In this document: positions 17,088-53,279 of the stretch, one piece after another
Layout: each line of letters begins with the position of its first letter
How positions within the stretch are numbered: the first letter of the stretch is position 1
Assembly: GCF_036321535.1 (NCBI RefSeq)
Contig: NC_087454.1
Coordinates: 20,336,001 to 20,400,000, forward strand
Length of the DNA: 64,000 nucleotides
DNA from: Camelus dromedarius
Lineage: Eukaryota
Reading direction: 5' to 3'
Translations under genes and position numbers: made by a program
The notes under the pieces: model-generated
Told to the model about the DNA's origin: nothing
Databases searched by the model: none
Seen by the model: only the letters and a program-made list of their open reading frames with translations

Positions 17088-18476
17088 CTGGTAATGACAG
17101 TGAGAAGAGAGGGGTCGGTGAGGGCCAGTCCCTGGCCAGGTCCTCTCCCAAGGCCCCTAGGTGCATCACTCCAGGGGACACCTTTCTCAGAGAAACTAAT
17201 GCACGTGGTGTCCCTGGAATGGTACACTGAGGTAACCTTGCCTCTTATAAGGCCCCCCAGATCATCTATAAGGCCAGCCATACCTAATCTATCCAAACCA
17301 TGGTATCCAGAGGCTTTCCAGACTCATGTTTTACAAGTTGAAGACAAGGAATTCAGTCACAGACAAGAGCCCTCAGATATAAGCTGCAATTAAGTATAAG
17401 CCTACATGCCTTTCTCTAGAGGCTTCATCCATCCGCCTCCTACATATAGAAGGAGGACATCCCACTACTTTGAAACAGGGATATGCAAAAGTATGAGGCG
17501 TAAATTTTCCCCTCAAGAAGCTTTCAGTCTAAGAAGTAAGATGACTAGACTGAATTGTCAAGAATAATTATAGGAGGTGCAGACTGTTTGTAGCTGAGCG
17601 CAAGTAAGGTTTTTCTGATGCCAAATGACTATTATACTGGGCCCTGGATAGAATCTACATGATGCAGACTGAGAGGAAAGGGGACTGTAGACAAAGCAAA
17701 CAGGGTGCCAAAGAAGCGGAGATAAGAAGGCTTTGGGAGAGCATGTTTTGGGATTAGGGAATAGTTCTATTTGACTAGGAAGAGGTGCCACGTTAAGACT
17801 TTGTTTTATAGACATCATGAAACCACGCATAGCTTCTGAGAAAAAGAGGGACAGAGTTTTGTGTTTTCAATGTATCACTTTGACAGGAGTAAAGAAATCT
17901 GTCCAAAAAAGAAACTTGTTGAGAGACCATTACAACAGTCTAGGTGAGCATCTATCAGCAAAGACCTGATCTAGAGAATACACAGGAAAAAGAAAACAGG
18001 AAATTACTTCAAGGGAAGAATAAAGGTGACTTGGCAAATATTTGGTTGTGCAAATAGCGGAGAAGACGGAGATGAGATTTTAATTCCAAACACACAAGAG
18101 AAATGAATGTAGTCAGTCCTATTTGGAAGGCCAAGATTAGAATAGTAAGGTAATAACTTCAATTTGAGATACGTAAGGTTATCAATAAGACTCTAGACGG
18201 AACTCGAAAAACCGAGCTTGGGGATCACCAGCTCTTAGGTAGTACTAAAAGCCGTAAGAAAGGAAGACAACTCCAAGGCAGACTGCATAGAAAAGAGACA
18301 AAAGAAAGTACAAACCAAGACTTGGGAAAGTCCACCTCTGAAGCTACACTGAGAGGTGATATGTCTCCAGGTGGGAGGCAGAAGAACACCCCCACCCCCA
18401 TCCCCTCACTCACCCCAGGTGTTCTCAGAGTGTAGAGTCTTTGAAAGTTTGGGCAATGCCCACACACACTCCCTCA

Positions 18477-18608
18477 NNNNNNNNNNNNNNNNNNNNNNNN
18501 NNNNNNNNNNNNNNNNNNNNNNNNNNNNNNNNNNNNNNNNNNNNNNNNNNNNNNNNNNNNNNNNNNNNNNNNNNNNNNNNNNNNNNNNNNNNNNNNNNNN
18601 NNNNNNNN
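18477..18608. other. Assembly gap (132 N), probably hiding NELFE coding exon 2
   Basis: Run of N. It is immediately preceded by ctccctca, which reads as a minus-strand donor (G)TGAGGGAG. Confidence 0.95.
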
Positions 18609-19258
18609 AGGATTCACACGCCGTCCACACAGAACCCAACCCCACCCCTCCAGGCCTGCCTACTCCTGTCTTTTGCTTCTCCCTACACCTTGCTTAAACC
18701 AGGCTGCTGTCCAAGCCCCCGCCGTCGGGATCAACCAGCATTCCCTTCTCTCTCCAGGAATCACGGATACCAGCACCTTGGGACACCATGTGGCCCGGGA
18801 AGGGAGAAACACTCTCTCCGTCGCGAAGACGATGGCACCAGACCCCCCTACCTCGCTGGGGTTATATGGCAATCGCGGGGTCTGAACAGCAGAGGAAGCA
18901 GTGGAACCCGCGCATCGCTCTTAGACCAACGAAAAGGTTAAGAAGAGAAAAGGAGCTCCGAAAAAAGGGGCGAAGGCTGAGAAAGAGAAGGCCTTACCTG
19001 AGGGGGCGGCAACCGGGGCCCCGATGGTCTCAGGCGGCGCCCGCGCGGGCAGCGGATTGCGGGCTCAGAGCGATGACGCAGCGAGGGGCGGAGAACGCGG
19101 TAACCAGGGCGGCCCGCGGCGCGCACACTTCCGCCCGGCCTCCCACCAGCTTAGGCCCGCCCCTCGGCGGGGGTGTGTGCCGGAAGTTGCCTTCACTTCC
19201 GCCCATTTGGGCTACCCCTGACACTTCTGGGCTGCACGGTAGCTGCCGTGGCTGCAGG

Positions 19259-28781
<9,523 letters not shown>

Positions 28782-28941
28782 ATGACCCCTGTGTAAAATG
28801 TAACAATAAAACAGCAAACCACCTGTGTGAACCTGAGGTGTTGGGCAGGGATGACTCAGCTCAAAAGACACAGCAGGGAGAACCACCTAGAAATATGCCT
28901 TTATCTATGCACACAGAAACAGGACCAGCCCCTGAGAAGCA

Positions 28942-30727
28942 TCAGTCCTTTGGGGAGGGTGTCTTGGGGGGTGACAGGAGGTCCTGGGTCATGGCTTCGA
29001 CATACCATGTAGGCAGAAAGGCATGCGGTGCATCTCGATGTTCAGACACTGTGACTGGGCCACCAGGCTCCCAGGAGAAGAGGTAGACGAGTCTAGGGGG
29101 CAGGTGGAGTCATGAGTTGAGGACTGGAGGCTGAGCTTCAGGGACCCAGAGGGGAGGGGCAGAGCTGAAGGCCTCACCTGGGGTCGTCCTGGACAACTGT
29201 GTTCTGGGCAAAGCTAAGGAAGGCAGCACAGAAGTTCATGCACACTGAGGGATTCCAGCCATCACGGTCATTCTGGAGTGGGACCAGGAGGCAGAAGACT
29301 GGCAGTGAGGGAGAGGGTGGGAAAAGGGGAAGGTGCACTGCAGCCCTGGACACCGGACCTGTGGTCTTGGCTCAGGGGAGTATGGGCAGGAGCTGTGACA
29401 CCATTGCCTTACCCTGACGTATTCAAACATCTCCATGGTAGGAAAGGTCTTGAGGGAACAGACGAAACCCTCTGGGTTACGGAAACCAGCAATGACATTT
29501 GGGACCCCCGGAAGGAATGACTGAGCCCACCATTTCAGGAGCTTGTGTCTGTCAGGAAAGGCAAGGGGTCAGTGGGACTTCTCCAGCCTCATCCAAGTCC
29601 CTTTCCCAGCTGTCAGTTCTAGGCTCTTGTCCACCCCACCCCTCATCCTGAACCTGTAGAAGCTCTTCCATTGGCCAGGGCTGTGCATTTCCTTGGAGGT
29701 CTTGAGCTCCACATAGCAGGTGGGGGGCTGCATGGATGGGGCCTGGGGGTCTATGCAGTCTACCTCCCCAGAGAAGAGCAGTGGATGGTTCCCCAGGCGG
29801 CTGCGTAGCACAGAGCAGAAGGCCACGTTGGTGTTAACCTCCCCAGAGGGGTCTGGGGAGCCTCCGGGTTTGTCTGCATAAGAAGAGAAACAGCAGCAGG
29901 GCTGGGGGTTCTCAATCTCTGGGGAAAGGGGAGGGCGTTTCAGAGCCAGGACAACTCTCACCTGCACACATGTACTGCTCGAACTTGTACCCCATGTACA
30001 TAAGCTCCCGGAGGAGAGGTGGCCGGGTAAGCCTCCGAACCCGAGCAGCCGGCGTCTCTACCTCACTCAGGTACAGTGTCCCCTGGAACCGGGAGGCTGC
30101 CAGCTGCCAGCCCTCCTGCCGCTCATATGGTGTTGTCAGCAATTTTGTCAGGTGCCCCCGCCATGTCACTATGGCCCCTGGGCGCCAGTCTGGACTCCTG
30201 AAAGGGAGGAATTAGGGGCTGAAGATCTGACACAAGCATTAGTGCAGATGGCTCCCCCAAAGAATAGCCTAAGTTCCTTCTAAGGATTGAGCTAACTCCA
30301 GCTTTGGCTCTCCCAGTTTTAGAGGGCAGGTGCAGGTCTCTAGATCTACTTGTGTGCTATGCTTTGCTCACCCCTCCAGCTGGCCTCGGTGCTCCAGGAG
30401 CCAGCGTAGCAGGTGGTCCAGCCTCTCTTGGACCTCCTCGTCCCGGGGCTGGTATCGATCTGGGTATCCGTCTCTGAGGTCAAAGTTGGGTCCTTGTCCA
30501 TTGGTGGGGGGTGGGCTGTAGTAGCGCAAGGCTCGAGCATCTCCATGGTACTGGCGTTGTGCATCCAGGGAGAAGCAGCCCAGTTCAGAAGGGCGCCGGT
30601 AGAAAGGAAAGGGTCCAGAGTAGAGGGCAGGGTCTGTGGGCAGCGAGGGTGCTGGGCGGGGGACTTTGTTCCGAGGCTCAGCTACCTCTATTTTTCCAGC
30701 TCCTCTCTTGGTCCCTCTGGGCTCCAT
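28942..30727 (-). CDS. DXO: Decapping exoribonuclease DXO (DOM3Z), 6 coding exons, 397 aa
   Basis: Minus-strand exons: 30372-30727, 29962-30197, 29654-29873, 29413-29548, 29178-29272, 28942-29092 (TGA); total 1194 nt. Motifs GYKFEQY, GEVDC, YVELKT. A variant poly(A) signal GATAAA lies on the minus strand at 28900-28905. Confidence 0.97.
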
Positions 30728-30949
30728 GAGGTCCTGAGAGGGGCTGGGTAAGTTCCCCTTTTACAGAGGAGGCCTGAGGAAGGGGGACTCCAGGTCAGGA
30801 CTAAGTGAGACTCTTGATGGCCAGACTCTGGCCTTGAAACAACCAGGCCCCATCTCCTCAAACAGAACCACGGTCAGATGCACATCTCACCTTTTCCCTT
30901 GACCTATCTCCCCACCCCCAGGTCATCCAAACGCAGTGAGGTTAGAAAG

Positions 30950-31500
30950 GATGTTTGGGCTCAGATCAAGGATCTGGTTACCTCAAAGCCCGCCAACCTC
31001 GACTTCCACCTTCGCAGAGCTATGACGTCATGGCAGGTACGTCAGATGTGGGAGAGGGATGCCAAGGTGGTTTTCCAGCTTTCGATGACGCAATCATTCA
31101 GCGACAGTAGCAGGCAAACTCCTCTGGGGTGGGGGTGGGGGGGGTGGTCTGTGCGCTTTACACCAGCAGGTTGATCTCAACGTGGCCACCGGCGCCCCTC
31201 CTCACCGCCTGGGCGTCCCCGGACGTGAGTGCGCTCGGACGAAGCCAATCAGCGGCGGCCGTGGAGCCTCGGCCAATGCGGGTGGTGTTGGTATCCGCCT
31301 TGGCACCGCCCCTCCCAGCAAGGGCCCGCGATGACAAATCGACGCCTCTTTGGTCACCACGTCGTCTTACTAACACCGGGCTGACAGGTCTCCCAGGAGG
31401 GACGCCCAGGGAGCCCGTGCGTCACTGCTCTGCGCCGGAAGACTCTCTTTTCGTGTTCTCTTCTCTCAACAGCTACCTCTTCCCCGGTACAGTAAGATCC
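30950..31500. promoter_or_regulatory. Bidirectional CpG-island promoter for DXO and STK19
   Basis: Head-to-head genes. Full CRE TGACGTCA at 31023-31030, TGACGCAA at about 31085, two CCAAT boxes at about 31245 and 31272, and a G-run at 31126-31147. Confidence 0.8.
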
Positions 31501-31506
31501 CGGGAT

Positions 31507-34500
31507 ATGAGCCGGAAGAGGCATCGCCTGGTCCCGGAGCCCTTTGGACTGAAGAGGCGGCGGGAACGAGGGGATGTAGAGGTCGATTCATTGCGGGGCG
31601 AATCAGGTAACCATGGCAACCCCGGGGCGAGGCTAAAGACCTCAGCTGGGAGCGGCCTCGCCTCCGGTAACCCTGTATGTTGGGACAGCAGCGCCTCCCA
31701 GAGTCGTACCCCCGCTTCCCTTCGCCCCAGTTCTCGTCTCAGTGGCTCGGTCTCTCCGCTCAGGGTCTGCGCGCGCGGCCGTCGCGGAGCTAGTGCGGCT
31801 GTTCCCACGAGTCCTGTTTGAGGATGCGCTACCGCCCATCGTGTTGAGGAGCCAGGTCTACAGCCTCGTGCCCGACCGAACTGTGGCTGACCTGCAGCTG
31901 GTGAGGGGCGTCAGAGCGACCGACGAAAAGCGCTTACTTGCCTCGAGAGCACTTCCGATGTTCCCTATCACTCACTCAGTCGGTCGGCCCGCTATTCTGC
32001 CATTCAGCAAGCGTTGGGTCTTTCTGGGCCAGACATTGTGCCAGGCACTGTGGTGCCAAGGAGAATGCTGCAGACCCTCCAGCAGTAGAGAGCATGCCAA
32101 ATCATGATGGTGGAAGAGCGAAGCTTTTGGGGAAACTGCCTCACCGGGCATGGTTCGAGCCTACAGCGCTGGGAATGCAGGCAGGCGTCAGATTAGGACA
32201 GGCCTTGTACAACAGTGTTGTTTCCATCTTACGTTGAAAGCAATGAGCTGGCAGAGAATGTTAAACAGGAGAGGCAGCGGTGTGTTGCATGGATTGGAGG
32301 TAGTGAGATGAGGCAGGGAGATCAACCAGGAAGTTATTGCAGCTGAGGACTGGTGGAGGACTGGTGAAGGCCTGAATGAGGTCAGTGTAGTGGGAGGGAG
32401 AGGATGGGTGAGGGTGAGTGATGTGGAGAGTGGGAAGCGGGAGGAATCAAGGAAATTCTGAGATCTTCTGGATGACTGAGTGATTAGAGTAGAAGAATAT
32501 TGAATTGTTTGTTGGGGGCAGATGATGTGTTTAATTTTGTTCAAGTTGAGTTGGAGGTGCTGCTGGAGCATGGAAAGGCAAATGTGCATTAGACAGCTGG
32601 AGAGAATTCAGGGTCAGTGATATAGAGGAATTTGAGCTGTGAGCAGTGGTTCAGTCTCTGGATGTGGGTGAGATCTATAGGAAGTGAGGAGTTTTACAAA
32701 CTTTAGAAGATAATGAAAGCTATGGCGTTCTTTCTCTAGAAAAACGCATATATGTCCTATATATATGTGGTGTATGTATAATTTGGTGGGGAGGGGGTTG
32801 TTTCACAGATCCTCTGAGATCAAAGGTTTAACGACCCTAGGTTTGCAGTGAAAGATAACAGAGCCAAATCCCCAATGCTGGGAGATAAAAAACTTAAGGC
32901 AGTCTTTCTCAAAGTATGTCTTTAGTTCTACCTGTACCAGAACCACCAGGACTACTTATTCAAAAATACCTGGGATTCACTCTATGCTCATGAATGAAGA
33001 TTTCTTGGGCAGGACCTGGGAATCTACATTTTTAAGCTGCTGCCCCAGGTAATTCTTACTGGGCCTTAAAATTTGAGATCCACTGATACAAGGGGAAAAC
33101 AGAGAAAGACAAGTCTGTGAAAGAGGCTGAGAAGGAATTGTCATTAGGAGGAACCCAGGAAGAGGCCTATTGAGAAAGGAGAAATTTTCAAGAAGGTGGA
33201 GTAGTTGGCCGTGTTAGCATCTGTGATTCAAGGCAGTGGTATGTGAAGAGGTCAAGTAAAATAATACCCAATTGGATTTAGCAGATAGCAGGTTATTATG
33301 ACAACCTGTCAGGAAGAAAAGAGGGAAGAAAAGGAAGATGGGGACTTGCTCCAGTCTCTTAAGGAAGCGAGTCAGAACCACTCCTTAGAGTATTTGGTTG
33401 TTTTTAACCTCCTGGTGTTAGCCTAAATTTTAGGAAAGCTTTAAAAGTTGCACAACAGAAAATATAAACACAAAATTTAAAAGAATGTTTATAAAGGAAA
33501 TACCTACTTAACCATCACCCAAGTCAGACTGTAGGACACGGCCACAGCCTGCATATATTGTTCTCTGATCAAAATGCCTTATGTCCCAGGAGGTAACATA
33601 CCTGACTGGTATGAAAATGTTTCCCTTGATTTTCTTTATACCATCTATGTGTTTATCCATAAACAACATGCTTAGTTTTACCCACTTTTGAACTTGATTA
33701 TAAACAAAATCATACCGTATGTGTTGGTTTATATCTTGTTTCATTAGATGAATATTTTTGAGATTCATCCAGATTGTTGCATGTAGCTATAGTTAATTTC
33801 ATTTTCATACACTTCCCTTTTATGAATGTACCCTTTTCTGTCCATTCTGGTGGAAGAAATTATGTTTGCTAGGAATTTGTCAATTTCATCTAAATATTCA
33901 AATTTATTGCTGTAAGGTTTATAATCTCATTTTATTGTCTGTAGAATCAGCAGAAAAGATCCTTTTTTCATTTTCTATATTGGTCATCTGTGCTTTTTCT
34001 AGGCTCCCCCATCCATTTTTCTCTGTCAGTCTCACCAGGGTTTCCCAGTTTTAATAGTCTTTCAAAGAATTAACTTTTAGCTTTGCTGCTGTCTCTTGTA
34101 TGCACGTATTCTGTTTCATTCATGTTTCCTCTGTGCTGTTGGGTTTATCTTACTTTTTTTTTTCCCATTAATTTTCATCCTCTATTCTTTTCTAACAGAT
34201 GGGTGTCAGGCTGTAGTTTCCCCCTAAGTATTGACATATGTCTATGTCAGTACCTATATCTGTATCTACCAAGTTTTAGTATGTTTTCATCAGCTTCTAA
34301 TTTCCTTTGTGATTTTTTTTTCTTTGACTCATTGGGTTGATTAGAAGTGTATAACTTACTTTCTAACCATTTTCTTATTACCTTATTGTTACCAATTTCT
34401 GGCTTAAATGATATTGTGACCAGAGAACAGACACGATATTATGATTTTAGTCATTCGAAACTTACTGAGATGTGCTTAGTGCAATATAGTCAGTTTTGCT

Positions 34501-37500
34501 AAATATTCTATGTATATTTGAAAAGAATATGTATTATTCAGTTATTAATTTCTTAGTAACTAAAATTATTATTGAAATCTTTTATTTTCCCACTGATCAC
34601 TGTATCGTCTGTTTGTTCTATGAGTTTATGCAAGTTGGATTAATGTACTTTTGTGATTGTGGATTTGTTATTGGTACTTCAGATATTTCCCACACCTCAT
34701 TATTGCTTTTCTTTCTTTCTGGGACTCCAACTAAACATAAAGTGGATCATCTCTTTGTATCCTTTAAGTCTCTTAGCCTCTTGTCTGCATTTTCAGTGTT
34801 TTTGACTACCTTTATCATATTCTGGTTGGTTTTTAAAAAATCTGTTTTCCAGATTAATAGCTTTTTATTTAGCCGTGCCTTAATCTACTAAACCCATTCA
34901 TTGAGTTCTTAATTGCACCTGCTTTATTTTTGAGTTCTAGAATTTCTACTGAGATGTCTTTGAAGTCCATTATGTCAATTTTTATAATCTCGTGCTGAAA
35001 TTTTCCATCTTGGCTTTTATTTATTTTAGCATTATAAGCATAGTTTTTTAAAAAAAGCCTGTCTTTGGTAATTTCACTATACCATGTCTTTTTAGGTTTG
35101 TTTCTATTGTCTGTTTCTTTTTTGAGTTTTGTTTCCTTGTGCCCAGTTAATTTTGACTATGTGTTGGATGGATTTGCCTAAATCACCAAATGCACTCCGT
35201 GTCCCAATTTCTTCTGTGAGCTCTTGTTTTCACGTAGATATTATATTAGTCTGGTAATTCCTTATTACCTTGTGAGCTCTTTAATACTTAAACAATTTTA
35301 AAAATAATATTTTATCCAGAATTTTATGTAATTTTCAGCAAGTGAGTTGGTCTTACTATATTCCTGCAAATGGAAGTCCCAGTTTACTTTTGTTTTAAAC
35401 ATTTTCTCCCATATTCCTCCCCACCTTCCCCCACCCAAAATCTAGACTGTTCATTCCTTGAGGGCAGAGCCTGTGTCTTAATTGCTATTTTATCAGACAG
35501 ATAACTGATGAGGTGAGTGGATGGAAAACTAATTGGAAAATGCTATTTGATAATCACCTGATTCTCTCCCCATAATTTTTCCTTTACTTAGGGAGAAACT
35601 CCCCAATGCTCGCAAACAAAATCTCCCTGCCCAGAAGTTTCCAAAGTATAGCAGAGCATCTTACCCTGATACCCTTCTTTTTATTCTCATCTCTCTGGAG
35701 ATAGAAGGCACTTCAAGAGCAGGGGGAGATCAGAATCATCCAGCTAGGCTTCGACTTGGATGCCCAAGGAATTATCTTCACTGAGGACTACAGGACCAGA
35801 GTGCGTGTGACTGTGTTTATGTCACTGAGGCCAGGGGAGGGGGGTGCCGAGAAACTGGGGAATGCACATGTTAAAAAAAAGAGACAATTACCCCACCTCA
35901 AATCTTACTGAGAAGGCACGGGGCTCTGGTTAAGTATTAGTATGAGGAGGAGGAGTATGAGAGGGAGAAGGACTTGAGCAGAAGGGAAAACAGAGGAAGA
36001 GACATGTTGCCGTGGGTTCTGAGATTGGTGGAGGGTGAAAGTGGGGCCAGACCACATCTCTCACTTCTGGTTCCAGGTCCTCAAGGCTTGTGATGGGCGC
36101 CCCTATGCTGGCGCAGTGCAAAAGTTTCTGGCTTCGGTGCTTCCAGCCTGTAGCGACCTTAGCTTCCAGCAGGACCAAATGACACAGACCTTTGGCTTCA
36201 GGGACCCAGAAATCACGTGAGACCTGGGGAACCAACAGAATCAGGCATCTGGCCTATCCCTCCCTCCCTCCAGCTCTATCCAGCCTTGTCCCCTTCTTTT
36301 TGGTGAACTAAAGTTCAAATAAAATGACCTAACTTTATGTTCCCCCAAGAGAAGAGGCCTGTCTTACCTGGGGCCTTGGAAAGAGCCCTGAAGTAAAATT
36401 CAGGAGATCTGAGTGGCTAATCAGATACAAAGGGAGGTCTGACAGGAACCATAAAGGCCTGATGTGAATTGTGCTGAAACCAAGAAACTGGAGGATGGTA
36501 GGAGCTCTGATGCCCCGAAAGCATTCACATTCAAAAGAACAGCAACCAAACAAGGGCTAAGTAAGAATATCATTTCAGGAGCCTGTGTCTGGCTCAAGCT
36601 CCCTGCTTCGTAACCCATGGTAGACGTGAAAGCATTTTACACTCCTTTTCAGTACAATGTGGGAAGAGCTATGGTAAGGTCTGCGTAGGTAGTGGCAGGA
36701 GCCTTGTTTCTCCCCTGGTGGTGGGACTGAGTGCGTTGGGGCATGTAGTCAAGGAGGGCTTCCGAGAGAAGCTGTCTTAGTGAATGTGTAATAGTAACAG
36801 GAAAAGAAGGAGTTGGGGGAGGGCAGTCAGGGAGGAGAATGGAGCAAGCAAGGGCACGGGGCACTGAGCAGCATGGTGTGAGCAGAGAACTGCCCCAGGT
36901 GGGCTTCTCTTATTAAGTCTCCTGTGTGGGTACCCAGGCTTCTGGAGAATTAGTGTCCAAAGATGACCAGGTGAGGAGGAGAGAGGGTTCTTAGAGCCAA
37001 TGCCTCATTTCTCCCGCCTCAGGCAGCTGGTGAATGCTGGAGTCCTCACTGTCCGAGATGCTGGAAGTTGGTGGTTAGCTGTGCCTGGAGCTGGGAGATT
37101 CATCAAGTATTTTGTTAAAGGTAGCCTGTCTGCAGCTAAAGCCCGCAGCCCCTCAAGAATGCCTTTTGGTGACTCCTCAGGCCTCCAGGCCTCACTCACC
37201 TTTCCCCTCTCCTGTGCCACCTCTCCTCCAGGGCGCCAGGCTGTCCTTGGCATGGTCCGGAAGGCCAAGTACCGGGAGTTACTCCTTTCGGAGCTCCTAG
37301 GCCGGCGGGTACCTGCTGCGGTGAGACTTGGCCTTGCCTACCACGTGCATGACCTCATTGGGGCCCAGCTGGTGGACTGGTGAGTCTCGCCCCCAGTGTC
37401 TGACAGATGACGGGTCCATGACCCAAAGGTTGGATTCCCCCCGACTCACTCTTCATTCACTAGTGAAGAAGCCTAGCTCCTCTCTCATTCTCTGGAACCC

Positions 37501-37626
37501 AGGCACCTCTGTGGCCGAGTTCTGAGTTCCCCCCAGACCCTGGGCCTAGGCATCTGGCTCCAGCCTTGTCTCTCTTGCAGCGTCTCCACCACTTCTGGAA
37601 CCCTCCTCCGCCTGCCGGAGACGTGA
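31507..37626 (+). CDS. STK19: STK19/WHR1 winged-helix transcription-coupled repair factor (not a true kinase), 7 coding exons, 254 aa
   Basis: Exons: 31507-31606, 31764-31900, 35705-35800, 36077-36216, 37023-37120, 37232-37379, 37581-37626 (TGA); total 765 nt. MSRKRHRLVPEPFG...GTLLRLPET, with no kinase motifs. AATAAA at 37965-37970. Confidence 0.96.
31990..32720 (-). mobile_element. L2 LINE fragments in STK19 intron 2
   Basis: TGTGCCAGGCACTGTGG and TTTGTTCAAGTTGAGTTGGAGGTGCTG are reverse-strand L2-like. Confidence 0.55.
32901..33085. mobile_element. MER5A-like hAT DNA transposon
   Basis: Termini CAGT...TTCTCAAAG and TTTGAGATCCACTG; internal GGGAATCTACATTTT...CCCCAGGTAATTCT. Confidence 0.65.
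33420..35400 (-). mobile_element. Degraded old L1 fragments (T-rich, antisense) in STK19 intron 2
   Basis: A long AT-rich, T-biased stretch with L1-like phrases such as TTTTTGAGATTCATCCAGATTGTTGCATGTAGC and TTTTGAGTTCTAGAATTTCTA. Confidence 0.55.
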
Positions 37627-38489
37627 GGATTCTGCTCGTCATGGCAACCTTCCCCAGAGTGGAGAGAGGGGGGCCCAGGAGTGCTGAGATGGGGTCACCT
37701 TGGGAAGGCTCGGGAGCCACGATGAGTGTTGGGCTTGCATCCGTGCAAAGGGTCAGATGTGACTGCTGCTGTTTACTTGGGGTTTAGGCAATGCTCCTTT
37801 GCCCTTTCACTGAAGTGGAACCAGAAACCGTGCCAAGGCCATGGCCGCTGCCTTTCATGCAGTGAGGTGCCGCTGCTCTGTCTTGAGATGGGAAGGAAGG
37901 GTTCCTGGGGAGGCTGGTGAAGGACAGCAGGGTTCTTCCCCTATATGTTGGCTTGAAACTGCCAAATAAAGTACTTCTGCCTGTGATATTTGCTGGATGT
38001 CTTTTGTTTAACATGACAGGTGTGTCCAGGTGCCTCATTTGGGGATAGAGGTAAAGCCAAACTTGGGCCTGAGCTTTGCCTCTTGGTTCAGAGAGTAAAA
38101 AAGGACACTGAGTTCAATTCCCCTCACGGGGTGGTGAGGGTGCGCCTGATCTCCTAAACCACAGAGTTTCTGTTAAAGCCTACAAAAAGCAAAAACTTCG
38201 CGTAGTTGTTTTTGTGGGGGTTATAGCGAGAGGCAGGTGTCTAAGTACCTTGCTTTGTTAAGACCGACAAAGGAGTCAAGTGGCTGCTTGCTGAGCCACA
38301 TGGGCCCTCGTGCACCCACGTACGTGTATACGTGCTGTACTCGAGCATGTGTATGCTTACACACACCCAGATAGACCCAGTAGCGGGAGGTGCCCAGGAA
38401 ACTGGGATGAAAGGGGTTAACAGGGAAGGACTGGCTATCTCTCTGTGCTGTGATTTCCTCAGACTCCCTCAGAGACCCAGGTGTCCCGG

Positions 38490-38670
38490 GTGCCCCCCCC
38501 CCCCAATACTGGGCCTGGGGCCAGTTGCAGTTCTTGGCTGTCACGTGCTTTCCCGACTTAGCTGGGCCAGGGGAGGAGCAAGGTCCAGAGTCAAATATGC
38601 TCCAAGCCCGAGGTTGACCAGAAGGGAGCAGGCAGACAGACGGGTCTGATCCCTCTGGGGTGCTCCAGCC
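38490..38670 (+). promoter_or_regulatory. C4 TATA-less proximal promoter
   Basis: C-rich box at about 38493-38504, E-box GTCACGTG (CACGTG 38542-38547, USF type) and DR1-like AGGTCCAGAGTCA at 38581-38593. No TATA box before the ATG at 38671. Confidence 0.65.
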
Positions 38671-52360
<13,690 letters not shown>

Positions 52361-53279
52361 CAGCTGCCCTCCCGCCTGCCCCGGGAGGAGCCTGAGCCAG
52401 GGAAAGCTCACGCCTGGATGGGTGCTGTGCCCAGTCCCCTGAACATAGCCCCAGGCAGGACTGGGGACTCAATAAAGGCCTTTGGCAGCAAAGTGTCAGT
52501 GTGCCTCTCCAGGGCTGGGACCAGTGTCCCCACCGCCCCTTCCAGGTTTGGGGGGCCCAGGCCAGGGGTTGCATAATCTTAGGCTGTCAGAGCTGAGGTG
52601 ACCCTTGCAGTGTCCAGCTCTGCCTGAACCCTACCCCACACCCCCACAGATGACTCCCTCGGAGCTCAGTCTCTCATAGGACCACCCCAAGCAGACTTGT
52701 GACCCAATAGATCACCCTGCACTCTGGGGATCCAATGTCCACACCAAGGCCAGACTGCACCCAGGCAGTCCGTCACTGCGGCCTTCGGCGGGGCTCGTGC
52801 TCACCAGCACCTCAGCCCTTCTGCCTCGGGAGCAGTGTCCAGCCACACGTCTCCCACTCTGGCCTCATGCAGCTGGCAGTCGAGACCTGGCCCGTTTGGC
52901 ACTCAATCCCTTAATTAGCCGCATTATGTAACTCTCCCAGAAGGTTGTGCAATCCTCAGGTCAATGATGTCTGCATCTAGAGGCTGATTTTAAACAAACC
53001 AAAAGGCCGACTTTGGTGTATTTGTTAATTCTCTGCAGGGACTGCTATTCTACTGGGGTCAACCCTTGCCACCTGCCTGTCCGGCTCTTCCCATTGGGTG
53101 GCACTCCTTGGGTCTTCAAGGCTGACCTAGAAGTTCATTGAGAAATTTGCTGAAGATTGGCTAATAAAGCAAGAGCCTACAAGAGACCCACTTTAGGGTG
53201 AAGGACACACATAGATTGAAAGTGAGAGGATGGAGAAATTTGATGAGTTCAATTTTGATGGAAACAGAGAGCACAACAG

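Noticed and set aside
31129-31821. 230-aa ORF suggesting a longer STK19
   Set aside because: It starts at GTG, runs through an intron, and the homologous upstream ATG is frameshifted and stopped.
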